Source: a bacterium (GTDB lineage Bacteria > Zhuqueibacterota > Zhuqueibacteria > Residuimicrobiales > Krinioviventaceae). From it: a stretch of 64,000 nt of DNA. Below the pieces are notes generated by a model. It made no database searches, was not told the DNA's origin, and saw only the letters and a program-made list of their open reading frames with translations. Shown here piece by piece: positions 10,650 to 18,857 of this stretch. Location of the stretch: positions 256,001 through 320,000 of the forward strand of contig CAXXFV010000023.1 of NCBI GenBank assembly GCA_963674595.2, read 5' to 3'. Each line of letters starts with the position of its first letter. Position 1 is the first letter of the stretch. The position numbers and the translations under genes are program-made.

Positions 10650-11201
10650 TCACTTTTTGTTGTTTTGTAAGCAAAAGGGCTGTATTCTTTTTAAAATAAC
10701 CGGAACAATGAAAATAAATGTCACAGTATTGATCGTCAAATGTATTAAGTAAAAAGACATTCCATAAAGAAAAGACACCACCATCTTTTGAAAATTAGCA
10801 CCCACCATAAACAGGGTGAAACTCAACGTTGTCATAACATCAAAAAACAGTGTCAAAAGAAAACCGATTGCTCCGAGCAATAACATTTTTTTAATTGTGA
10901 AACTTATTTGTGGATTTTTTTTGAAATAATAACCACCACACCACCCAACAACCGCCATGGAAATAATTTGTGCAATCAGTAAATTCGGCATTGCCATGCC
11001 AAGGGGATTAAAAACAGAAAATAGAAATTCTGACGTTGCACCAATTGCCGCACCATAAACCGGACCAACAATGCAGCCGCTGATAAAAACAGTTGCTGTG
11101 TAAAATTCAACGTTGGGTACACCGGCAAACAGATAACCAATAACCACAGCCATTGCCGTTAACAGAGATGATAAAATAATTTTAGAGTTTAATTTGCGCA
11201 T
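10650..11201 (-). CDS. ECF transporter S component (CbrT-like)
   Basis: About 180 aa with 5-6 TM helices; LTAMAVV AxxxA-like helix 1; VPNVEFYT and GPVYGAAIG motifs. Confidence 0.8.
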   Translation of the reverse strand: MRKLNSKIILSSLLTAMAVVIGYLFAGVPNVEFYTATVFISGCIVGPVYGAAIGATSEFLFSVFNPLGMAMPNLLIAQIISMAVVGWCGGYYFKKNPQISFTIKKMLLLGAIGFLLTLFFDVMTTLSFTLFMVGANFQKMVVSFLYGMSFYLIHLTINTVTFIFIVPVILKRIQPFCLQNNKK

Positions 11202-11298
11202 CGTGTTTCCGTTTAGAATGAAAGAATCAATTTAGAAAACAGTCATTCGATAATCAAGTGCTTTTTCTGCCCTGTATTTCATCCTGTTAAAAAATATG

Positions 11299-11327
11299 TT
11301 GCATAAAATAGAAAAATATGTTAAAAT
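11299..11327 (+). promoter_or_regulatory. Sigma-70-type promoter
   Basis: TTGCAT-N17-TAAAAT with a TG extended -10, 33 nt upstream of the ATG at 11361. Confidence 0.55.
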
Positions 11328-11360
11328 AGGTGTACATAATAACACTATAAGGCAAAGAGC

Positions 11361-11615
11361 ATGACATTTGAAGAGATAAATGAATATATTGAAGTTATTT
11401 CACATTTTACAAATCAGCGAATGCATCCGCTACGGTTTAAATGGAGAGACAGGACCTATTCCGTGTCGCATGTAAATGGTGTGTGGAGTGATGTAAAAGG
11501 TCAGTCTCGTGAATATCATTACCATGTTTCAACACGGAATTCCGGGTCTTTTGAGCTGATTTATAAAAATAACACATTTACATGGACGCTGGGCCGTGTT
11601 TGTTTGGATGACTGA
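11361..11615 (+). CDS. Small hypothetical protein (DUF6504-like)
   Basis: PLRFKWRDRTYSV..V..W..FELIY..WTL pattern typical of DUF6504/DUF5653-like small beta proteins; has its own promoter. Confidence 0.65.
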   Translation: MTFEEINEYIEVISHFTNQRMHPLRFKWRDRTYSVSHVNGVWSDVKGQSREYHYHVSTRNSGSFELIYKNNTFTWTLGRVCLDD

Positions 11616-11633
11616 AAATACGGTTCCTTTTTT

Positions 11634-12650
11634 TTACATGCCGATGCCGTGTATAACAGCCCCGCATGAAGGGCATGTTCCATTGTTAATATTGTTGTTT
11701 AGTATCTGAAATCCATATCGTTCAATAAGCTTTGTGCCGCATTTGTAACAAAAACTGTGTTCACCAATATCTCCGGCAATGTTTCCGGTATAAACATAAT
11801 ACAACCCGCATTCCTGCCCGATTTCCCTGCCTCTTTGAATTATACTCGGCAATGTTGGCGGGACCATTTGATATTTATAGTTCGGATAAAACCGGCTGAT
11901 ATGCCAGGGTGTTTCCGGTCCGAGTTCGTTTTTAATAAAAAGTGCGATTTCTTTTAAATTTTTTTCATTATCAACATGTTGGGGCACAACGAGTGTTGTA
12001 ATTTCCAGCCAGATGTTTAGTTTTTTCATCTGTTTCAGCGTGTTAAGTACATGTTTTAAATTGCCACCGACAGTGTTTTTGTAAAAATCTTCGTCCCAAC
12101 CTTTAAGGTCAATGTTGGCGGCTTTTAAAAACGGTGCTGCCTCTTGCAACGGCTTTTGGTTAATATATCCATTGCTGACAAAAATGGTATCTATCTCGTA
12201 TTTTGCAGCAAGCTTGGCAATGTCCAACGCATATTCATAATAAACAGTCGGTTCTGTGTATGTGCAGGAAATGGTCTTGCATTGAGCTTGCAGGGCAAGT
12301 GCAACGATATTTTCAGCGCTTAATGTGTCGCCTAGAATATGACGATTGCCTGTTTTGGGCATTTGTGAAATTTCGTGATTCTGACAAAATTGGCACGAAA
12401 AATTACAGCCTGCTGTGGCAACAGAAAAAGATTTTGAACCCGGATGGACATGAAACAGTGGTTTTTTTTCTATGGGATCAATATGCGTGGCAATGGCTTT
12501 TTCATAAACAAGACTGTACAGCGTTCCTTTTCTGTTTTCCCGAACACCGCAAATGCCCCGTTCACCCGGATTGATTTTACATTGATGCGGACAAAGCAGG
12601 CACATAACTTTGTCGTCTGCAAGCTTTTGGTAATACAGAGCTTCCTTCAT
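11634..12650 (-). CDS. amrS: AmmeMemoRadiSam system radical SAM enzyme
   Basis: N-terminal CLLCPHQC..CGVR, DPIEKKPLFH, radical SAM CNFSCQFCQN, TYTEP, WHISRFYP, YVYTGN and C-terminal CxxC pairs. Confidence 0.93.
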   Translation of the reverse strand: MKEALYYQKLADDKVMCLLCPHQCKINPGERGICGVRENRKGTLYSLVYEKAIATHIDPIEKKPLFHVHPGSKSFSVATAGCNFSCQFCQNHEISQMPKTGNRHILGDTLSAENIVALALQAQCKTISCTYTEPTVYYEYALDIAKLAAKYEIDTIFVSNGYINQKPLQEAAPFLKAANIDLKGWDEDFYKNTVGGNLKHVLNTLKQMKKLNIWLEITTLVVPQHVDNEKNLKEIALFIKNELGPETPWHISRFYPNYKYQMVPPTLPSIIQRGREIGQECGLYYVYTGNIAGDIGEHSFCYKCGTKLIERYGFQILNNNINNGTCPSCGAVIHGIGM

Positions 12651-12659
12651 AATAAGCTC

Positions 12660-13208
12660 CTATTTTTGTTCCCGTTCTTTTTTACTGAAAATACAGCCAC
12701 AATAGTCTTGACGATAAAGATTATATTGTTTTGAAAGTTCAATGCTCCGTTTGAACCCGTCTTTCTTTTTAAAATTGGATTCGAGATATTTTGTTCCCGT
12801 TTTTTCTGCTATCTCAAAACCGATTTTATTAATAAGCTCGGCATCTTTATGAGGACTAACAGTGAGCACAGTGCCGAAATAGTCGTATCCGTTTTCTTTG
12901 GCGGCAAGGGCTGTTTTTTGCAGGCGCATATAAAAGCAAACATGGCAGCGGGCGCCTTTTTCCGGCTCATGTTCCAGACCTTTAACTGCTTCAAACCAGT
13001 TTTTGGAATCATAGGGGGCCGGAAGTACTGAAACACCGATAAGCGGTGCCAGCCGGATCATCTCTTCAACACGCAGCTCATATTCGGATTGCGGGTGTAT
13101 ATTGGGATTATAAAAAAACACACCCACATCAAAATCCTGCTGTAATCGTTCCGCACCGACGGTTGCATCCGGGGCGCAACATACCTGGAGTAGTATTTTG
13201 GGTTTCAT
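12660..13208 (-). CDS. queH: Epoxyqueuosine reductase QueH (DUF208)
   Basis: LLQVCCAPD, FYNPNIHP, EPEKGARCHVC, VSPHK, YRQDYCGCIFS. Confidence 0.95.
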   Translation of the reverse strand: MKPKILLQVCCAPDATVGAERLQQDFDVGVFFYNPNIHPQSEYELRVEEMIRLAPLIGVSVLPAPYDSKNWFEAVKGLEHEPEKGARCHVCFYMRLQKTALAAKENGYDYFGTVLTVSPHKDAELINKIGFEIAEKTGTKYLESNFKKKDGFKRSIELSKQYNLYRQDYCGCIFSKKEREQK

Positions 13209-14458
13209 CGTGTTTTTAAACCTCCAAGCCGGTCCATGATATATTTCCCTGTTTCAAAGATGGGTTCTGTTTTATTAATTTCGAGTTTTTCTCCAATTAT
13301 AATTTTAACAGGATGTATTTGAAAGAACGAACCCCATCTGGGCAGCACCTCAAAAGAACCCTGAATTCTGACCGGATAAACAGGAACGTCCAGGCTTTTT
13401 AAAAATTTAACAACACCAAGTTTTGGGGGTAAAAAATGACTGTCCCAGGTCCGTTCGCCCTCAATAAAAATACCAACCGGTTCTTCATATTCCAAAACCC
13501 GCAACGCACTGCGTATGCATTGAGGGTCTGTTTCATGTCTTTTTACCGGAATGGCCCTGAACACATTGAGCACATATCGGAACAGTTTGTTTTTAAATTC
13601 ACTGTTTTTGGTGAAAAATGAAATTCTTCGTTTAAGAACAGCCTGAACTAGAAACGGGTCTAATAGCCCTTCGTGGTTGAGAATGATAACAAAAGGGCCC
13701 TTCTTTGGCAGATGTGACTTGCCGGATATTGAAATTCGAAATGCAAGCTTGAACAGCCATTTTGCCACAAATTTCAGGAAAAAGTAAAATAATTTGTCTC
13801 GTTTTCGTTCCTCAACATGGTGTGTTGGTGAAAAGCGTTTTAGGGCAGCTGGTCCTGGTTTTGGTTGTTTGAATGTGATTTTGGGTTGATATTCAACAAT
13901 GGTCCGGCCTGTTTTGTTACGCCAAAAATCATCAAGGATATTTCGTGTCGTTAGTTCCAATTGGTAGGGACTTTCTTTTTGAAAATCCAGGCGAAAATAG
14001 GGTTGGTTTTTTATTTTTAACAAAAAATGGCTGGAATCTGTTGTAATGCAGGTTATATCTGCAAGATCGAATTCGAAACAGGGTTTTTCCGAAGCAAAGG
14101 AAATTTTGTCTGTTGTGATTAAAAGGTTCCCTTCCTGTACAAAAATCGGTAAATCAATGTTGTTATAAATGCCTATCTGGTGCTGCCAGGATGATATATT
14201 TTGGGCTTTGTATAATTTAGCCGGACCGCTTTTAAACAGAACCTTATCATCTCCATTCGAACGTGCGTTGTCCTTTTGAAGATGTTCTTTAATATCAGCA
14301 AACCATTCGTCGCACAACCGGATTTGATCGTTGATCTGAATCAAGCTGCCTTTTCGTTTAAATTTGGCGTGACAGGAACTGCATTCCGTTTTTCCATCTG
14401 AGATAATTGAATTTTTTGAAAAACATATAGGGCAGATAAATAAAAGATGTTCTATCAT
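13205..14458 (-). CDS. Lysophospholipid/1-acyl-glycerol-3-phosphate acyltransferase with N-terminal Zn-ribbon extension
   Basis: C-terminal PlsC motifs NHEGLLD (HX4D) and FIEGERT; N-terminal CPIC..CSSC. Confidence 0.85.
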   Translation of the reverse strand: MIEHLLFICPICFSKNSIISDGKTECSSCHAKFKRKGSLIQINDQIRLCDEWFADIKEHLQKDNARSNGDDKVLFKSGPAKLYKAQNISSWQHQIGIYNNIDLPIFVQEGNLLITTDKISFASEKPCFEFDLADITCITTDSSHFLLKIKNQPYFRLDFQKESPYQLELTTRNILDDFWRNKTGRTIVEYQPKITFKQPKPGPAALKRFSPTHHVEERKRDKLFYFFLKFVAKWLFKLAFRISISGKSHLPKKGPFVIILNHEGLLDPFLVQAVLKRRISFFTKNSEFKNKLFRYVLNVFRAIPVKRHETDPQCIRSALRVLEYEEPVGIFIEGERTWDSHFLPPKLGVVKFLKSLDVPVYPVRIQGSFEVLPRWGSFFQIHPVKIIIGEKLEINKTEPIFETGKYIMDRLGGLKTR

Positions 14459-14483
14459 GGGATCCGTTCATGTTTTAATTAGT

Positions 14484-15710
14484 TTATTTTTGCTTTATAA
14501 CCTGATTAAAAACCCTAATAAAATTTTTACCCCATATTTTTTCAATATCCTTGTCCGAATAACCTCTTTTAACAAGTTCTATAGTAATATTTGGTAATTC
14601 AGAAACATCATTACATCCATCAACACCGCCGCCGCCGTCAAAATCAGTGCCGATGCCGACATAGTCAATGCCGACAAGTTTCACCACATGGTCTATATGG
14701 TCAACAATATCTTTAACCGATGCCCTGGGAGAAGGATATTTGTTCATAATTTCCTGCTTTTCCAGTTCGTATTGTTTTTTTTGTGCGTCCTGTAACTTAT
14801 CAAACGGACCAAATTTTTCATCAAGCTTTTTAAGCGCCGAGTCACCTTGGGCTGTGATATCCGGTGTTTTTAAATATATATCAAGAATACACATTTGCAA
14901 AACACCGTTGTTTTTCGCCAGAGCGCGGATCATGTCGTCTGTCATATTTCGGGGATGGTCGCATAGGCTTCGTACGCAGGAGTGGCTGGCAATGACAGGC
15001 GCTTTACTTGTACTCAAAACATCATAAAATGCCTTGTCTGATATATGTGAAACATCGATAATCATTCCCAGATTGTTCATTTCATGGACAACCTGTTTGC
15101 CGAATTCACTGAGACCATTGTGTTCGGGTCCATTTCCATCTGTCGATGAGTCGCAAATATCGTTGTTTTTCGAGTGGCTTAATGTAATGTATCGAACGTC
15201 TTTATCATAGAACTTTTTTATGTTTTTAATATTTTTAGCAATGGCAAAACCGTTTTCAATGCCGATAAGTGCCGAAAGATACCCCTGTTCATTATTTTTA
15301 TAAATTTCATCCGGAGAGGTTGCCATACGGATGATGTCATTGTTTTGTTGACACATCTTGTGAATAGCATTAATAAGGTTATCTGCTTTGTTCTCTGCTA
15401 TTTCGTATTGTTCCGGGTCACGGTCTCTTTGGCCGACAAAAGCCGCAAAAAACAGAGCGTCCAAACCGCCCTGTTTCATTCTTGGTAAATCAATTTTGGA
15501 ATCATCTTTTATTGTCGGTGTGTGATGTTTGGAAATATCCCAATCCGGTTTTATCATATTTAATGGCGTATCACAATGGGTATCGATCGTCAATATTTTA
15601 TTATGAAGGTTTTTTGCATAATCGGCATTTTTTATATCTGGTGTACTTTTACAATTTATAAAAAGTGTGATAGATATTCCGCAAAGGAAAAGTCGGGCAG
15701 CTTTTTTCAT
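14484..15710 (-). CDS. Membrane dipeptidase (peptidase M19), probable lipoprotein
   Basis: DTHCD, GIENG, ITLSH, DVSHIS, ASHS, RNMTD and GIGTDFDG motifs; lipoprotein-like signal ending in Cys. Confidence 0.93.
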   Translation of the reverse strand: MKKAARLFLCGISITLFINCKSTPDIKNADYAKNLHNKILTIDTHCDTPLNMIKPDWDISKHHTPTIKDDSKIDLPRMKQGGLDALFFAAFVGQRDRDPEQYEIAENKADNLINAIHKMCQQNNDIIRMATSPDEIYKNNEQGYLSALIGIENGFAIAKNIKNIKKFYDKDVRYITLSHSKNNDICDSSTDGNGPEHNGLSEFGKQVVHEMNNLGMIIDVSHISDKAFYDVLSTSKAPVIASHSCVRSLCDHPRNMTDDMIRALAKNNGVLQMCILDIYLKTPDITAQGDSALKKLDEKFGPFDKLQDAQKKQYELEKQEIMNKYPSPRASVKDIVDHIDHVVKLVGIDYVGIGTDFDGGGGVDGCNDVSELPNITIELVKRGYSDKDIEKIWGKNFIRVFNQVIKQK

Positions 15711-15819
15711 TCCGGTTCCTTGTTCAAGTCGTTAAAAGTGATTTTGTTTAAAATTCTTGGCATTGGTTAGTAATTTATCCAATATATAACATAACAGGCT
15801 GGTTTTCGTTTGATATGTT

Positions 15820-17056
15820 TTACATATCCTTTGTTATAATTTCTTTTGTTCCGTCAAAATGCAGTATATACATATTATCGTTTTCGATTAATAACATTTG
15901 GGGATCGGAATTGTCTTTTAAAATATCGTTTTCGGGTATATAAGGCACACTAACACCGATTAAAATCACTTTATTATCATACAATGGCGTTATTTTTTTT
16001 ATATGTTGATGCCCCATAATGATGGTGTCACTGTTGTAATAATCAAGTATTTCAGTCAACCGGTTTGAGAAATTTTTCTTTTCCCATTTTATGTATTTTA
16101 AGGAGAAATATTCGTCACACCAATAGGGCCCCCAAAAACCTTTTAATCGCCTGAAAATTTCTCGTTCATCTTTATCGGCGGCATAATAGTGTTTCAGTTT
16201 TAATAATTTTCGTGTATAGTTATTAATGTCGTTAATTTCCAGTTGTTCTTTTTTCAAATAAGTTGAAATACATGCATGTGAAAAAAGGACATTGTTGATT
16301 TTTATGACCCCATTTTTAGTGCCGAGCCATTTTCCAAATTCCGTGTCCTGGCCAAACAATTTTGTATAATCAAAGCTGGCGATGGAATATCCGCTATTGT
16401 CCAGGTCCAATTTTTCCATTATCAATTCATATTTTTTGTGAATGCGGTGGAGTCTTCCCTTTAATATTCCTATTTCATGATTACCCAATAAATAATGGAC
16501 TTTGCCTCCGGCTGTTTCCGCCTGTTTTTTCAAGTTTTTTGATGAACCAGAGGCACTGGGTGACATTGGGTCCCTTATCGAGCACATCTCCCACAATGAC
16601 AAGATGTCCGGTTTCCCAATTCCAGTTTAAACTGTCATCTATTATGTGATTGTTCTGCAAACGGGCCACAAAATAATTAAAACAGCCGTGAATATCTGAA
16701 ACAGCACAAATCCTGTCGGCCACAAAGATCGATGTGTCCGGCTTGTGTTCCTGATATGGATTGAACTCTATATTTAATTCATTTTTGATTTTGTTTAATA
16801 CTAGAGTTGTGTCCTTTAAATTTAATTTTGATTCACTAATATTAAAATCTTTGTTCTGAGGTATGAATTGAATATCTAATATTTTTAGAGTTGTATCATT
16901 TGTCCAAAAAATATAAGGCCCGTCATTTAAATCCATTTTATCATAGGAAATTTGATTGGAACGGTTGAAGAAATAAAACAATCCTAATGATATAAGGACG
17001 ATAACAAAACTAATAATTCCAAAGATCAGAAAAAATTTTTTAATAATTTTTTTCAA
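15820..17056 (-). pseudogene. Frameshifted Shewanella-like metallophosphoesterase (split into ORFs 16481-17056 and 15820-16602)
   Basis: The upstream ORF has SDIHG and GDVLDKG; the downstream ORF has GNHE, SHA and GHQ. Removing one A from the A6 run (T6 on +, 16525-16530) fuses them into ...IKKLEKQAETAGGKVHYLLGNHE. Confidence 0.8.
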
Positions 17057-17238
17057 TGGTTCCTTTTTTGCTGTATTTCGTTGGTTTTATTATGGAATAC
17101 GCGGCGTATCGAATCCAGAGTCAATTTATTGGCAAGGATCCCAAGGCCCGGGACACTTTTTACTTTATATAAACCGACAGCGTAACAAGTTCATTTGTCC
17201 CATAATGGGCCGCCTGCATAATTTGCTTCAAGAATTAT
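17053..17238 (-). pseudogene. Probable gene remnant with an internal TGA, resembling the C-terminus of a trypsin-like peptidase
   Basis: Frame reads IILEANYAGGPLWDK*TCYAVGLYKVKSVPGLGILANKLTLDSIRRVF...NH*. It has no start codon and its stop overlaps the TTG start of the phosphoesterase (TTGA). Confidence 0.35.
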
Positions 17239-17258
17239 TTAAAAAATGAATAAATGTT

Positions 17259-18200
17259 TTAACGATCCTTTAACAACAAGTCGATTTTTTCCATATCTTC
17301 TTTTTCAATTGACCAGCCGGTGCCATGTATGTTTTGCTCAACCTGACTTTTTTTACGGGCACCAACAATTGCACAGGTCACAGCCGGATTTTCAAGCGTC
17401 CAGGCAATTGCCAGTTGTCCCACAGTTTTATTATATTTTTGTGCTATTCCCCGTAACTTTTCAATAACCTCTAAATTTCGTGAGAGTTTTGGCTCTTTAA
17501 AATCACCGTTTTTATGACGCCAATCATCTGCGGCCAGTTTTGTTATGTCAAAGGAACCGGATAAAAGCCCGGAATACATGGGACTATAAATAACGACACC
17601 AATATTATTCTTTTTGCAAAAGGGGAGTATTTCTTTTTCCGTATTTCGAACAAACATGCTGTATGGCGGCTGCAGTGAGTCAATGTTTTCAATTTCCAGA
17701 CATTTTTTCATCAGGTCAACATCAAAATTCGAAACGCCCAGCCGGCGCACTTTGCCTTCTTTTTTTAATTTGGCCATTTCATTCCATGACTCTTCTATGG
17801 GTGTATTTATGTCCGGCCAATGGATTTGATAAAGATCAATTGTTTCAATATCAAGCCGTTTTAGGCTGGCTTCAACTTCACGTCTTATACTTGCTGGTTT
17901 TAAACTACGGATCACATTTTCGTGTTCGTCCCAGACCATGCCGCACTTTGTAGCGATGTAAATATCGTCTCTTTTTCCTTTAATGGCTTTACCGACAATT
18001 TTTTCCGAATTGCCAAGACCGTATGCCGGGGCCGTATCGATCCAGTTTATGCCAAGGTCAATGGCCCTGTGAATGGTTTCTATAGAATCTTTTTCGTCGG
18101 ATTGTCCCCAGCCCCATTCCCAGGCCCCGCCAATGGCCCAGGCGCCGAGTCCTATTTCTGTAAGTTCGGGGCCATTTTTCCCCAAGATATTTTTTTTCAT
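17259..18200 (-). CDS. Aldo/keto reductase
   Basis: GLGAWAIGG, DTAPAYG, ATKCG, IDLYQIHWPD, GVSNF, YSPM, AIVGAR. Confidence 0.95.
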   Translation of the reverse strand: MKKNILGKNGPELTEIGLGAWAIGGAWEWGWGQSDEKDSIETIHRAIDLGINWIDTAPAYGLGNSEKIVGKAIKGKRDDIYIATKCGMVWDEHENVIRSLKPASIRREVEASLKRLDIETIDLYQIHWPDINTPIEESWNEMAKLKKEGKVRRLGVSNFDVDLMKKCLEIENIDSLQPPYSMFVRNTEKEILPFCKKNNIGVVIYSPMYSGLLSGSFDITKLAADDWRHKNGDFKEPKLSRNLEVIEKLRGIAQKYNKTVGQLAIAWTLENPAVTCAIVGARKKSQVEQNIHGTGWSIEKEDMEKIDLLLKDR

Positions 18201-18221
18201 TTTAACCTCAATTATTTTTAT

Positions 18222-18857
18222 TTAATTTACAGCAGGTGCTAAAAAGAGTATAACCGGTAAAAGCAATAAAATAATGATAAGCATATTTAAAAAAACGACA
18301 CCAATACCTTTTATTAAGCTGAATTTGTTGACTTCGATGACGCCGTTAATCAAAATGTATAATGACAAAAATCCAATGATAAAATCAACAAAACTTAATA
18401 TGATAAAAACCATATTAAGGACAGGTTGTGCCTGTATCCATTCGATGTTGCTTGTAAAGATATCCTGTCGGAATAAAATATACTTAACGCCCCATAAAGG
18501 CAGTGTGTAAACAATCGGCGCCCAGGACCAGGCAACTGTTACTTTAAGATCGTTTCTGGACGCTATCCCGCCGAGTTTGCGGCTTAAAAAATATAACAGA
18601 TAGCTTTCTATAAACACTGATAAAAACCCGCCTATTGGGCCGGCTATCAGCGTCATGAGTATGAGTACATTAAATGGATACATGTCACCAAATCCCTGTC
18701 CGGCGAGATTGGCGAGCGCTTGCCCAATGCCGCCTAACATAACAAGCAGGTAATAGTGGTGATGTGGATTTGTTTCAATGATATATCGTATCGTCTGTCT
18801 GGGATTTAACCAAATTGTAGACCATGGATTGAGTTCATCGTTCATATTTTTATTCAT
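18222..18857 (-). CDS. Yip1-family membrane protein
   Basis: PWSTIWLNPRQTIR motif followed by about 5 TM helices; overlaps the upstream antiporter stop. Confidence 0.75.
   Translation of the reverse strand: MNKNMNDELNPWSTIWLNPRQTIRYIIETNPHHHYYLLVMLGGIGQALANLAGQGFGDMYPFNVLILMTLIAGPIGGFLSVFIESYLLYFLSRKLGGIASRNDLKVTVAWSWAPIVYTLPLWGVKYILFRQDIFTSNIEWIQAQPVLNMVFIILSFVDFIIGFLSLYILINGVIEVNKFSLIKGIGVVFLNMLIIILLLLPVILFLAPAVN

Noticed and set aside
11202-11360. Cobalamin riboswitch upstream of the ECF S component
   Set aside because: The gap is short and AT-rich, shared with a divergent promoter, and lacks B12-box or GGGAA core motifs.
17191-17193. In-frame TGA as possible selenocysteine
   Set aside because: There is no start codon, no selenoprotein-family context and no obvious SECIS hairpin; a nonsense mutation in a remnant is simpler.
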